From NCBI GenBank assembly GCA_035536395.1, contig DATLOE010000006.1:6899-70898 (forward strand): a DNA stretch of 64,000 nucleotides, written 5' to 3'. Shown here in pieces: positions 28,551 through 38,049 of the stretch. The stretch is from Candidatus Dormiibacterota bacterium. Lineage in GTDB: Bacteria; Patescibacteriota; Saccharimonadia; UBA4664; DATLOE01. Position 1 is the first letter of the stretch. Each line of letters opens with the position of its first letter. The notes under the pieces are model-generated. The model saw only the letters and a list, made by a program, of their open reading frames with translations, did no database searches and was not told the origin of the DNA. Made by a program: the position numbers and the translations under genes.

Positions 28551-29427
28551 ACGAGATGCCAGGCTGATAGCGGTTGTTGGCCCCACAGCTAGTGGAAAAA
28601 CAGACTTAGCGTTGCAGATTGCACAACGATATAGGGGCGAAATTATAGCTGCCGACTCTCGTACGATATATAAAGGTATGGATATCGGTACGGCTAAGCC
28701 TACTGCCGCTCAGCAGGCCCGTATTAAGCACCATTGCCTGGATTTAATTACACCCGATCGTAACTTCAGCGCGGCGGAGTTCAAGGCTCACGCGCTGGAT
28801 GCCATTTGCGACATTCGCGCACGAGGCAAGTTGCCGATTTTGGTGGGAGGTACCGGATTGTACACCTATGCTGTTCTATATGACTACCAGTTTCCGGCCG
28901 GGGCTAGTAACGAGCTTAGAATGCAGCTAGAAAAAATGCCGATTACTGAGCTAGTTGCTCAAATAAAACAACTAGACCCGGAGCGGGCGGCCGAAATCGA
29001 CCTTAATAATCCGCGCCGGGTCATTAGGGCTATCGAAACAGCGGGTAAGCCGCGAACCAGTCGCCCGAAGCTGCCGCCGAACTGGCTACTGGTTGGCCTG
29101 AACCCCGGCCAGCAAGCTATTGAGAGCAATATCATCAGACGTACCAGCGCCATGTTTAAGGCCGGTTTGACGGATGAAGTTAAAGCCTTGGTATCTCATT
29201 ACGGCCCTGACTGCGAACCTCTAAATACTGTGGGCTACAGAGAGATAATCGATAACCTTACGGGTAAAACCACGCTTGCCGAGGCTGAGGAACTGATTAT
29301 GGTTCATACCCGCCAGTTGATGAAGAGGCAGATGACTTGGTTCAAGCGCAGTCCAGACATTATGTGGGCGCAATCGGCCGAAGAGGCCCTAAGAGTCGCG
29401 CAGAAGTTTATGACTAAAGCGGTATAA
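28537..29427 (+). CDS. miaA: tRNA dimethylallyltransferase
   Basis: VVGPTASGKTDLALQIAQRYRGEIIAADSRTIYKGMDIGTAKPT. Confidence 0.85.
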   Translation: MSKTERDARLIAVVGPTASGKTDLALQIAQRYRGEIIAADSRTIYKGMDIGTAKPTAAQQARIKHHCLDLITPDRNFSAAEFKAHALDAICDIRARGKLPILVGGTGLYTYAVLYDYQFPAGASNELRMQLEKMPITELVAQIKQLDPERAAEIDLNNPRRVIRAIETAGKPRTSRPKLPPNWLLVGLNPGQQAIESNIIRRTSAMFKAGLTDEVKALVSHYGPDCEPLNTVGYREIIDNLTGKTTLAEAEELIMVHTRQLMKRQMTWFKRSPDIMWAQSAEEALRVAQKFMTKAV

Positions 29428-29434
29428 TGTATCT

Positions 29435-30805
29435 ATGCCTGTGTATATAACGATACTGATTACCAAAACCATCTTGCGCCTAAGTCGTGCGCTAGGCCGA
29501 GGTGGCGGTTCGGCTCTGCCGGGACTGGTGGCGCTTAAATTAAACCCGAATATAGGCGCCAAAATAGCCGCTACCATAAAGAGCGGTAGCGTGATTATAA
29601 CCGGTACGAACGGTAAGACCACTACTAGTAAAATGCTGGTAACCGCTATCCAAAAGGAAGGCTACACAATCGTTGCTAACCGTGCCGGTTCAAACCTGGC
29701 CAGGGGTATAGTTTCGACTCTAATCGAACACTGCGACATGAATGGGCGGATCAGCGAAGACGTCGGTGTGTTCGAGGTCGATGAAGCGGCTATGCCCGAG
29801 GTCTGCAGGATGCTCCAACCGAAATTAATTACGGTTTTGAATCTCTTTCGTGATCAGCTCGATAGATACGGTGAGCTGGATTCTACCGCCACGCTTATCG
29901 GGCAGGCTATAGCCGCTACCGATGCCGCCGTGCTTCTGAATGCCGACGACCCTTTGGTTTCCGGTCTAAAGAAAATGCTTAAATCGCAGCCGGTTTACTA
30001 CTTTGGTCTCAGCGGCGTTCCTGTAAAAAAGATGGCTCACGATGTAACGGCTGATTCTATTAACTGCCCACTTTGCGGGAGGGCTCTGAAGTTCAGCCGA
30101 ATATTCTTTGGCCACATCGGCCATTACGCTTGCAGCCGGGGGCACTTTAACCGTCCCAAGCCGGAGTTTGTGGTAAGTGCCATTAAACTAGCCGGCAGCC
30201 ACTCTAAATTCAAAATGTCACTAGCCGGTGACTGGGGGGGTGATGCGTCTCTTAACCTGCCGGGCGTTTACAATATATATAATGCTGCTGCTGTGTTTGG
30301 CCTAGGGTATATTTTAGGTTTGGAGCCCCCTAATATGGTTCATGCTCTAAAAGGGGTTAGTGCGGCTTTCGGCCGAGTGGAATCTCTGGTAGTTGATGGT
30401 AAAAAGATTTATCTGCTTTTAATTAAGAACCCAACCGGGTTCAATCAAATCATCCAAACCTTCTTACTAGGGAAAAAGAGTCAGCCGCTTTTAATTGCGG
30501 TCAATGACAAGTTTGCCGATGGGCGGGACGTTTCCTGGCTGTGGGATGTAGCTTTTGAGGAGTTTAAACCGTTGAATCACTCAATTACCGCCTCAGGCAT
30601 AAGGGCGAGCGATCTAGCTCTGAGACTTAAATACGCCGGTATCGGTTTGCAGAGCACAGAGCCGAATCTAAAGAAGGCTTTAAATAATTTCATAGGTAGC
30701 CTGAAACCGGGCCAGGCTGGCTACATAGTTCCAACTTATACGGCAATGCTTGAGCTAAGGAAGATATTAGGCAAGAAAACCGACATTAAGGGGATATGGG
30801 AATGA
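29435..30805 (+). CDS. murT: Lipid II isoglutaminyl synthase, Mur-ligase-like subunit
   Basis: Mur ligase central domain TGTNGKTTT plus the zinc ribbon CPLCGRALKF...HYACSRGH (DUF1727), typical of MurT. TATAAT lies 7 nt upstream of the ATG, so the transcript is leaderless. Confidence 0.8.
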   Translation: MPVYITILITKTILRLSRALGRGGGSALPGLVALKLNPNIGAKIAATIKSGSVIITGTNGKTTTSKMLVTAIQKEGYTIVANRAGSNLARGIVSTLIEHCDMNGRISEDVGVFEVDEAAMPEVCRMLQPKLITVLNLFRDQLDRYGELDSTATLIGQAIAATDAAVLLNADDPLVSGLKKMLKSQPVYYFGLSGVPVKKMAHDVTADSINCPLCGRALKFSRIFFGHIGHYACSRGHFNRPKPEFVVSAIKLAGSHSKFKMSLAGDWGGDASLNLPGVYNIYNAAAVFGLGYILGLEPPNMVHALKGVSAAFGRVESLVVDGKKIYLLLIKNPTGFNQIIQTFLLGKKSQPLLIAVNDKFADGRDVSWLWDVAFEEFKPLNHSITASGIRASDLALRLKYAGIGLQSTEPNLKKALNNFIGSLKPGQAGYIVPTYTAMLELRKILGKKTDIKGIWE

Positions 30806-31521
30806 ATAAAACTGTTACCATTCTGCACCTTTACCCCGATGAGATGAATATTTACGGTGATAGAGGTAATGTACTAACCTTGGTGCGAAGGCTCGAGTGG
30901 AGGGGGTTTAAGCCGGTTGTTCTTGGGAGGGGTATCGGTGAAACCAAGGGGATCGATCAGGCCGACATCATCTTCGCCGGCGGCGGCCAGGACAAAGGCC
31001 AAATCGCAGTCGGCCAGGATCTGCTACGCTCCGCCGGAAGACTGCATCGGGCTGCCGAAAAGGGTATACCCATGCTCACTGTCTGCGGCACTTATCAGCT
31101 ATTTGGCAAAGGCTTTAAGACAGCTGAGGGAGAGGAGATCCCCGGCATTGAGATCTTTGGAGCTACGACAACCGGCTCTAGCCATCGGATGATCGGTAAT
31201 ATTGTGATTCAAACTGAGTGGGGTCAACTGGTCGGGTTCGAAAACCATAGCGGCAAGACTGTACTAGAGGCGCACCAGTCGCCGCTCGGCAAGATTATTA
31301 AGGGTTATGGCAATGATGGCCGCAGCGGCTATGAGGGGGCGAGATTTAATAATGTACTGGGGACTTATCTGCATGGTCCGATTTTACCTAAAAACCCCGT
31401 ACTGGCAGACTTCCTAATTAAGACGGCTCTTACAAATAGGTATGGAGTTAGTGAGCTTGCGCCATTAGATGATGCGGCTGAACTCCAAGCTGCTATGACC
31501 GCCGCCAAGCGGCCCAAGTAG
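30802..31521 (+). CDS. gatD: Lipid II isoglutaminyl synthase, glutaminase subunit GatD (CobQ-type GATase)
   Basis: MLTVCGTYQLFGKGF and HGP motifs. ATGA overlap with the murT stop; the track ORF starts 6 nt earlier. Confidence 0.8.
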   Translation: MNKTVTILHLYPDEMNIYGDRGNVLTLVRRLEWRGFKPVVLGRGIGETKGIDQADIIFAGGGQDKGQIAVGQDLLRSAGRLHRAAEKGIPMLTVCGTYQLFGKGFKTAEGEEIPGIEIFGATTTGSSHRMIGNIVIQTEWGQLVGFENHSGKTVLEAHQSPLGKIIKGYGNDGRSGYEGARFNNVLGTYLHGPILPKNPVLADFLIKTALTNRYGVSELAPLDDAAELQAAMTAAKRPK

Positions 31522-31559
31522 TTGCCAAATAAGCATAAGCCGTATATGCTAGCCGTAAT

Positions 31560-32900
31560 ATGGCTGCTGAGGGAAAATCTCGTTTTACGCGCAAAGGGCT
31601 CGTACTGCAGGTAAAGCAGTCGCGCTTTGGGCGGTTCTGGAGAATCTTAGGCCCTGGTCTAATCACAGGAGCAGCCGACGATGATCCTTCCGGTATAGCC
31701 ACCTATTCGCAGGCAGGCGCCCAGTTCGGCTATACTACCGCCTGGCTGATGCCGCTAACCCTGCCATTGATGACGGCTGTACAGGAGGCCTGTGCTCGTA
31801 TCGGTGCTGTCACAGGCAAAGGCTTAGCTGCAGTTATTAGGCTGCATTATGGCCGCAAGGTTCTTTATCCTGTTGTGCTACTAGTGGTAGTGGCTAATAC
31901 CATTAATATCGGAGCGAATATCGGTGCCATGGCAGCCGCTACAAGGCTAATAGTCCCAACTGTTTCGTTTACCGCGCTGGCTTTGCTATTCGCATTGGTT
32001 GTCATATTTTTCGAGTTGTTTGTATCTTATAGAACCCTAGCTAAATCACTCAAATGGTTGGCAATAACTCTTCTTGCATACCCATTAACAGCATTTATAG
32101 TGCAAATACCCTGGGATGATGTAATAAAAGCAACATTAATTCCCCGCATTGAATTCAGTATAGATTATTTATTCATTTTTGTAGCGGTGCTGGGTACAAC
32201 CATATCTCCTTATTTGTTTTTTTGGCAGACCTCGGAGGTGGTAGAAGAAGAAATCGCTAGCCACCGGCTTGCCCAGAAGGGTGGAGTTCCTAGGCTAAGC
32301 GCTAAATTTCTCAGAAACCTCAAAACCGATAATGTAATCGGGATGGTTTTCTCTAATGTGACAGCCTTTTTTATCATTTTGACAGGAGCTGCCGTATTGC
32401 ATGCCAATGGCATCACTCAAATAAACAGTGCGGCCGATGCGGCTCGTGCACTGGAGCCTTTAGTGCAGGGCTTCCCTAACGCCGGCTTGATCTCCAAGGG
32501 TATATTCGCTGTCGGCATCATCGGCTTGGGCTTGCTTGCTGTGCCCGTTCTGGCAGGCTCATCATCCTACGCCTTAAGCGAAGCTTTGGGCTGGCAAGAG
32601 GGCTTGTTTAGAAAGCTCAGGCAAGCGAAGGGATTTTACACTATCATTGCCCTAGGCACCCTACTTGGTTTGACGATGAATTTAATCGGAATCGACCCTA
32701 TTAAAGCGTTGGTGTTTACAGCCGTCTTTAATGGCCTAGCGGCGGTCCCCTTGGTGTTCTTAATTGCTAGGCTTAGCCAATCATCAGATGTTGTCGGAGT
32801 ATACACCGGGGGCCTTCTCTCTAGGATTGTACTAGCAATAACTTTCATTATTATGTCGCTGGCTGCCTCCGCCTTATTGGTGTCATTTGTATTGAGCTAA
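31560..32900 (+). CDS. mntH: NRAMP-family divalent metal transporter (MntH-like)
   Basis: GPGLITGAADDDPSGIATYSQAGAQFGY is the NRAMP signature. Confidence 0.8.
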   Translation: MAAEGKSRFTRKGLVLQVKQSRFGRFWRILGPGLITGAADDDPSGIATYSQAGAQFGYTTAWLMPLTLPLMTAVQEACARIGAVTGKGLAAVIRLHYGRKVLYPVVLLVVVANTINIGANIGAMAAATRLIVPTVSFTALALLFALVVIFFELFVSYRTLAKSLKWLAITLLAYPLTAFIVQIPWDDVIKATLIPRIEFSIDYLFIFVAVLGTTISPYLFFWQTSEVVEEEIASHRLAQKGGVPRLSAKFLRNLKTDNVIGMVFSNVTAFFIILTGAAVLHANGITQINSAADAARALEPLVQGFPNAGLISKGIFAVGIIGLGLLAVPVLAGSSSYALSEALGWQEGLFRKLRQAKGFYTIIALGTLLGLTMNLIGIDPIKALVFTAVFNGLAAVPLVFLIARLSQSSDVVGVYTGGLLSRIVLAITFIIMSLAASALLVSFVLS

Positions 32901-33002
32901 CTTTGAGTTCTTATTCTCGGCCGTCCGAACTTTGAACACAAAAGGTGTTGCGGTATAAATCCTTCTGCTATAATTAAGTGCGATTTCATATTTTAATTTT
33001 TA

Positions 33003-33698
33003 GTGAGGCAGGAGAAATATTTGTTCGATCAACTATTTGGTTCAAAAACCCGAGTAAAATTATTAAGCTTATTTCTTAATAACCCAGACCGTCCTTACTA
33101 CGTACGGGAGATTACCCGTAAAGTAGATGAGCAGATTAATTCGGTCAGGCGTGAGCTTTCCAACCTGCTGGCAATCGGCATCGTGCGTTCTGACAGCACT
33201 AATAATCGGCTTTACTACGAAGTTAATAAGAAGTATCAGTTTTACGCGCCGCTTAGAGCCATATTCACTAATATTTCACTTGATGAACCGCAGCTAAAAG
33301 AGACGAGGGAAGATGACGAGCTGGCTAAAAAGCTGCGCTCGAGCGGTAATGTGGAATTGGCCTTCTTAACTGGCACTTTTGTACGAGACCACAAGGCCAG
33401 TACCGATATATTTATTATGGGTGATGTAAACCGCAGCCGAGTGAATAAGGTAGTGCAGGAGGTAGAGAAAGAATTGAATAAAGAAATCAATTTCACCATC
33501 ATGACTCCGGAAGATTTTGAGTACCGTCTGAGCTTAAATGATAGGTTTTTAACCGGAATCCTAGAGTCAAAGAAAATCATATTGGTTGACGAGACTAAGG
33601 CCGACATCAGGCCGGTTGCTGCCAGGCTTAAGGAAGATCCAGTAGATATTCCAGTGGCTGAGGATACAGGTTCGCAAAAAGAAGAAAGTAAGGAGTAG
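33003..33698 (+). CDS. Hypothetical protein with an N-terminal winged-helix-like domain
   Basis: 231 aa. The precise start is unclear, as GTG 33003 and TTG 33021 are both possible. Confidence 0.35.
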   Translation: MRQEKYLFDQLFGSKTRVKLLSLFLNNPDRPYYVREITRKVDEQINSVRRELSNLLAIGIVRSDSTNNRLYYEVNKKYQFYAPLRAIFTNISLDEPQLKETREDDELAKKLRSSGNVELAFLTGTFVRDHKASTDIFIMGDVNRSRVNKVVQEVEKELNKEINFTIMTPEDFEYRLSLNDRFLTGILESKKIILVDETKADIRPVAARLKEDPVDIPVAEDTGSQKEESKE

Positions 33699-33702
33699 GG
33701 CA

Positions 33703-34317
33703 GTGGAGGTAACCTATTTTGGCATGAACTGCGTACGGCTGACAGGCAAGGGTGTCAGTATTATTTGTGACCCTTATGCTGATTTGTCTGCCGCTAAGGG
33801 ATCGTTCGATGTGATTTTGCTTTCTCAGGACGAAGGAGTGACTGCTCCCCCTGGCCCGGGAATGATCATTGACGGGCCTGGTGAATATGAGGTTAAGAAC
33901 TGCCTAATTACTGGTGTGCCGGCTACCTTACATACTGAAGAAGAGGGGAATAATTCGACCATTTATTCTATTTTGATTGACGGCGTAAGGGTTCTGCATC
34001 TTGGCAATATCTCCCCTAAGCTGGCCGACAGCCAGATTGAAGCCATTGGCGAAGTAGATGTTTTGACTATACCGGTAGGAGGTCACGGCTTAACCCTGGA
34101 TGCCACCGCAGCCGCAGAGATTATAAGCCAGCTGGAGCCAAAGTATATTATTCCCACTCACTATGATGATGGTAAAACCAAGTATTCCGTAGCCCAGGAT
34201 AAGCTAGAGGTTTTCTTAAAGGAAATTGGAGCCCACCCTGAGCCAGTCGGCAAGTTAAAAGTAGTTGCCAAGGACCTGCCACTGGAAACCACCACTATAA
34301 TTCTAGAAAAGGCATAA
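33703..34317 (+). CDS. MBL-fold metallo-hydrolase
   Basis: 204 aa. MEVTYFGMNCVRL...DPY...HxD-like motifs resemble UlaG/MBL-fold proteins. Confidence 0.5.
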   Translation: MEVTYFGMNCVRLTGKGVSIICDPYADLSAAKGSFDVILLSQDEGVTAPPGPGMIIDGPGEYEVKNCLITGVPATLHTEEEGNNSTIYSILIDGVRVLHLGNISPKLADSQIEAIGEVDVLTIPVGGHGLTLDATAAAEIISQLEPKYIIPTHYDDGKTKYSVAQDKLEVFLKEIGAHPEPVGKLKVVAKDLPLETTTIILEKA

Positions 34318-34321
34318 TCAA

Positions 34322-34352
34322 CCTGAATTAAAAAACCGCCCCTTTGGGCGGG
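34322..34352. terminator. Bidirectional rho-independent terminator between the MBL gene and rpmB
   Basis: aaaaaccgcccctttgggcgggtttaggtttt. Confidence 0.75.
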
Positions 34353-34353
34353 T

Positions 34354-34587
34354 TTAGGTTTTGGCTGGCGATTTAGCAGCCTCAGTCTTGGTGGCTTCCT
34401 TGCGCTTGTATTTTTCAAGCGTGCGCATACACTGGGTACACATTTTAACCCTGACGCGGTTTTCGCCGAGGGTAATGTACTTACGCTGTAAGTTTGGCTT
34501 CCAGACTTTGTTGGTCTTTTTTAGGGAAAAGGGAACATTATGACCGAACTGTTTGCCTTTGCCGCAGATTTCACAACTATATGCCAT
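34354..34587 (-). CDS. rpmB: 50S ribosomal protein L28
   Basis: MAYSCEICGKGKQFGHNVPFSLKKTNKVWKPNLQ. Confidence 0.85.
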   Translation of the reverse strand: MAYSCEICGKGKQFGHNVPFSLKKTNKVWKPNLQRKYITLGENRVRVKMCTQCMRTLEKYKRKEATKTEAAKSPAKT

Positions 34588-34666
34588 TTGACTCTTATAT
34601 TAGAACCACACAATCATACCCAATACACATTGCTAAGTCAAACCTTATTAATGATACAATCGTGTT

Positions 34667-35308
34667 ATGTTTCCAGACCCAATATCACTTATATATATCA
34701 TTCTCGCCTTAATATTGGCTTTAACCCTGCATGAGTTCGCCCACGCCTGGACGAGTGATTACCTTGGAGATTCAACCGCCCGCTCTCAGGGCAGACTGAC
34801 ATTAAACCCAAAGGCACATATTGATCCGTTTATGACACTGCTCCTACCTCTCGCTTTGATTATTGCCGGCTCCCCGGTAATATTCGGGGCAGCTAAGCCT
34901 GTACCGTTTAACCCCTGGGCAGTCAGGTACGGCAAGTGGGGGGCGGCGCTGGTGGCTTTTGCCGGACCATTAACCAACCTGCTACTAGCCATATTTTTTG
35001 CGGCTTGGCTGGCATTTGTACCAATCGTCCAAGAACTCATACCCTTATTTATTATGATGATTTCAGTGAATGTCGCTTTCTTTGTGTTTAATATGATACC
35101 CATCCCGCCTCTAGACGGCTCTAGGATCCTATATGCGGTTGCACCCAGCGGGCTCAGAAGGGTAATGGATAGCCTGGAGCAGAGCGGGCTCATTATTATA
35201 TTCTTACTACTGCTAGTGGCCAGCCCGGTTATTATGCCCTTAATTAGCGGCGTGGTAGGAGCGATTATGCAGATTTTAGTACCTGGCTTGACTGGTTTAA
35301 CAGGTTAA
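34667..35308 (+). CDS. Site-2 protease family (M50) membrane metalloprotease
   Basis: HExxH (LHEFAHAW) in the first TM helix, with 4+ TM helices. TGATACAAT -10 lies 8 nt upstream of the ATG. Confidence 0.7.
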   Translation: MFPDPISLIYIILALILALTLHEFAHAWTSDYLGDSTARSQGRLTLNPKAHIDPFMTLLLPLALIIAGSPVIFGAAKPVPFNPWAVRYGKWGAALVAFAGPLTNLLLAIFFAAWLAFVPIVQELIPLFIMMISVNVAFFVFNMIPIPPLDGSRILYAVAPSGLRRVMDSLEQSGLIIIFLLLLVASPVIMPLISGVVGAIMQILVPGLTGLTG

Positions 35309-35525
35309 ACTGGGCTACAATAAATACAGCTTGTGCATCCTTGGCGGCGCTAAGTATTTTTTCTCAAGCTTTTTGAATGGGAGCTCAAGATTGTCTGACG
35401 GTGCGCCGTTATGACTGAGGGCACCCACCTGCGATATTGCGGGAAAAAGGCAAAGCGCTGCCATGATGCATGGGTTTAAGAGCAGCTTTGATCTCGACAC
35501 GTATAAGTGAAACCAGTTTGGAGAA

Positions 35526-35601
35526 CGGGGTGTGGCGCAGTTGGCAGCGCGTACGGCTGGGGGCCGTGAGGTCGCAGGTTCAAGTCCTGTCACCCCGACC
35601 A
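35526..35601 (+). tRNA. tRNA-Pro (anticodon GGG)
   Basis: cggggtgtggcgcagttggcagcgcgtacggctgggggccgtgaggtcgcaggttcaagtcctgtcaccccgacca. Confidence 0.75.
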
Positions 35602-35661
35602 ATTCGAAAGTCACACTTTGTTAGTTTACAATCTAGTATTAAATTAAAGTATAATATCCAT

Positions 35662-36093
35662 ATGCCCGCATTAATAAATTCGGTTGGTCCTCAGCCTGAA
35701 CTAATTATTCATACAGACGGTGGCTCCAGGGGCAACCCAGGCCCATCAGCTATAGGTGTAGTGATTTTTACACCAGATAAAGAGCACCTCGAGTCATTTG
35801 GGGAGTACATTGGGACAACCACTAACAATCAGGCAGAATATAAGGCGGTAATTGCCGGCTTAAAGGCCGCGAACAAATATAATGCTCAAAAGATCACTTT
35901 TAATATTGACAGTGAGCTAGTGGTAAGGCAATTAAATGGCCGTTACAGGGTCAAGAATCCTGAGCTAAAGCCGTTATTTGAGCAAGTGCATAGTCTAATT
36001 AAGGGTGTGGATGTCTCATTCCACCATGTGACAAGAGAAAATAACCAGTTAGCTGACATTGAGGTTAATAAAGCGCTGGATCAAGCTAGATAG
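35662..36093 (+). CDS. rnhA: Ribonuclease HI
   Basis: MPALINSVGPQPELIIHTDGGSRGNPGPSAIGVVIF...EYKAVIAGL...VSFHHVTRENNQLAD. TATAAT lies 6 nt upstream, so the transcript is leaderless. The track ORF extends upstream over tRNA-Pro and is an artifact. Confidence 0.85.
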   Translation: MPALINSVGPQPELIIHTDGGSRGNPGPSAIGVVIFTPDKEHLESFGEYIGTTTNNQAEYKAVIAGLKAANKYNAQKITFNIDSELVVRQLNGRYRVKNPELKPLFEQVHSLIKGVDVSFHHVTRENNQLADIEVNKALDQAR

Positions 36094-36128
36094 CTTGAAA
36101 AAACAGCTTTTTTCAGGTATATTTGTTT

Positions 36129-36533
36129 GGCTAGATTGCCAGATGGCCGCCCGTAAATTACGGGAGGAAAGTCCGGACAGCATAGAGCAATGACGGTTGC
36201 TAACGGCAACCGGGAGTAAGTTCGAGCATTATTTCTCTCGAGAAAATGATACTTGAGCCAAGCCTAGGGAAAGTGCCACAGAAACGATACCGCCCAGCTT
36301 GCTGGGTAAGGGTGAAAAGAGTGGGGCAAGAGCCCACAACTTCGGTTGGTGACAACCGAAGGAGGTAAACCCCGTCTGCTGCAAGGCTGCCAGCCATACG
36401 CGATTGCTCGTCGCGGCTGGCGTGAGTGCCGCTTGAGCCGATCAGCAATGCTCGGCCCAGATAGATGGTCATCCAACCCGGTCCGCCAGTTGGTGGAGCG
36501 GGGGACAGAATCCGGCTTATAAGCAATCTAGCC
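36129..36533 (+). ncRNA. rnpB: RNase P RNA (bacterial type A)
   Basis: The P1 helix ggctagattgc pairs with gcaatctagcc. Conserved GGGAGGAAAGTCCGGAC, AAGGGTGAAAAGAGTGGGGCAAGAGCCCAC and ACAGAATCCGGCTTATAAG elements are present. Confidence 0.85.
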
Positions 36534-36563
36534 AGAAAGCCTCTAGGGGCTTTCTGTTTTTTG
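36534..36563 (+). terminator. Rho-independent terminator after rnpB
   Basis: agaaagcctctaggggctttctgtttttt. Confidence 0.7.
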
Positions 36564-36591
36564 AATAGTTAAGCTAAAATAAACCATACCT

Positions 36592-38049
36592 ATGCGTAAA
36601 CGCAGTGAGCTATTTTTTAATCTCTTTCTTTTGCCCATCGACTTTGCTGCGATGCTGGCAGCCTTTGTCGTAGCCTATGCCATACGCGTAAAGATCGATG
36701 CCAGGCCTGTAGCTTACCCCCTGGGAATTGAATTCTTTCTGCAGATTTTTCTGCTGATAATACCAGTTATTATCCTCATATTCGCTCTAACCGGTCTTTA
36801 CAACCTATCTAGTATTAGAGGCCGCTTGCAGGAAGCCGGTAAGATATTCGTAGCCGTTTCAGGGGGTCTGATGTTCATGATAATGGTGGATTTCTTTAGT
36901 ATCTCGCCAATATTCCCCTCCAAGTCTATTCCGTTCTATGCTTATGGCATAAGTCTGGTTACAGTAACACTGGGCCGTCAAATTGTAAGGAGCCTGCAAC
37001 GAGCGCTGTTCCGCCGCGGAATTGGTACTTACCGGGTAGTGGTTGTAGGCAGCGGCCCGATTGCTGCAAATGTAGTGAACGGGCTTAAAGACACCAGGAC
37101 CTCCGGCTACCAAATAGTCGGAGCGATTGATAGCGCAAAAGGCTCCCAGAAGCGTATGGGCAAGATAAGAGTCGACCGTAATCTAACTAATCTTGTTAAC
37201 CGCCTGGGTGGTGTGGAATTTGATGAAATAATTCAGGCTGACTCTTCTCTGGCCCAAGAAGAAATACTCGAGCTCGTAACATTTGCTAGCAATCACCACC
37301 TGACTTATAGGTTCGTCCCAAACCAGCTGGGGATTTATGCTACCCACTCGACTATCAGCACAATGGCTGGGATGCCAATGGTGGAAATCAAGCGTACTCC
37401 GCTCGATGGCTGGGGAAGGATTGTAAAAAGAGCTTTTGATTTAACTGCTTCAGGACTGGCTTTAATAATTTTGACCCCTCTTTTTACTGTAATTGGCCTT
37501 ATTATTAAGCTAATTGATCCCGGGCCGGTGTTTTATAAGCACAAACGTCTGAGTCGGGAAGGCAAGTATATAAATGTATATAAATTCAGAACAATGAAAG
37601 CCAAATACTGCACAGGGCCTGGCTTTACCGGCAAGTCTGATGCCGAGGTTTTTGCTGATTTAGGTAAACCAGAGCTGACCCAGGAATTCGATAAACAGCA
37701 GAAGCTGAAAGATGATCCTCGTGTTAGCCCAGTTGGTAGATTCTTACGCCGAACCAGTTTGGATGAACTTGCACAGCTATTCAACGTTGTAAAAGGCGAT
37801 TTAAGTTTGGTTGGCCCCCGCCCTATAGTTCAGGCCGAATTAGATAGATATGGCACGCAGCAGTCCAAGCTGCTGTCCCTGCGCCCTGGTGTTACCGGTT
37901 GGTGGCAGATCTCTGGACGAAGCGACATAGATTACGATGAACGGGTTAAGCTGGATATGTATTATGTCGAGAACTGGAGCTTCTGGCTGGATATAAAGAT
38001 CATTTTAAGAACAGTTGTGGTCCTAATAGCAGGCCGAGGAGCTTATTGA
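36592..38049 (+). CDS. Polyprenyl glycosylphosphotransferase (bacterial sugar transferase, WbaP/CpsE family)
   Basis: Five N-terminal TM helices and a C-terminal PRPIVQAELDRY...PGVTGWWQISGRS...YVENWSFWLDIKI. Confidence 0.8.
   Translation: MRKRSELFFNLFLLPIDFAAMLAAFVVAYAIRVKIDARPVAYPLGIEFFLQIFLLIIPVIILIFALTGLYNLSSIRGRLQEAGKIFVAVSGGLMFMIMVDFFSISPIFPSKSIPFYAYGISLVTVTLGRQIVRSLQRALFRRGIGTYRVVVVGSGPIAANVVNGLKDTRTSGYQIVGAIDSAKGSQKRMGKIRVDRNLTNLVNRLGGVEFDEIIQADSSLAQEEILELVTFASNHHLTYRFVPNQLGIYATHSTISTMAGMPMVEIKRTPLDGWGRIVKRAFDLTASGLALIILTPLFTVIGLIIKLIDPGPVFYKHKRLSREGKYINVYKFRTMKAKYCTGPGFTGKSDAEVFADLGKPELTQEFDKQQKLKDDPRVSPVGRFLRRTSLDELAQLFNVVKGDLSLVGPRPIVQAELDRYGTQQSKLLSLRPGVTGWWQISGRSDIDYDERVKLDMYYVENWSFWLDIKIILRTVVVLIAGRGAY

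Noticed and set aside
30796-30801. gatD start at the first ATG (30796)
   Set aside because: The second ATG (30802) forms an ATGA overlap with the murT stop, the common coupling arrangement. The difference is two codons and either is possible.
35315-35614. ORFs translating GLEPATS/GLEPVTS-type peptides (35315-35614 -, 62225-62434 +, 24492-24797 +, 12426-12722 +)
   Set aside because: Classic antisense or sense read-through of tRNA genes, not protein-coding.
36200-36526. ORFs inside RNase P RNA
   Set aside because: The region is a structured RNA with all conserved rnpB elements.
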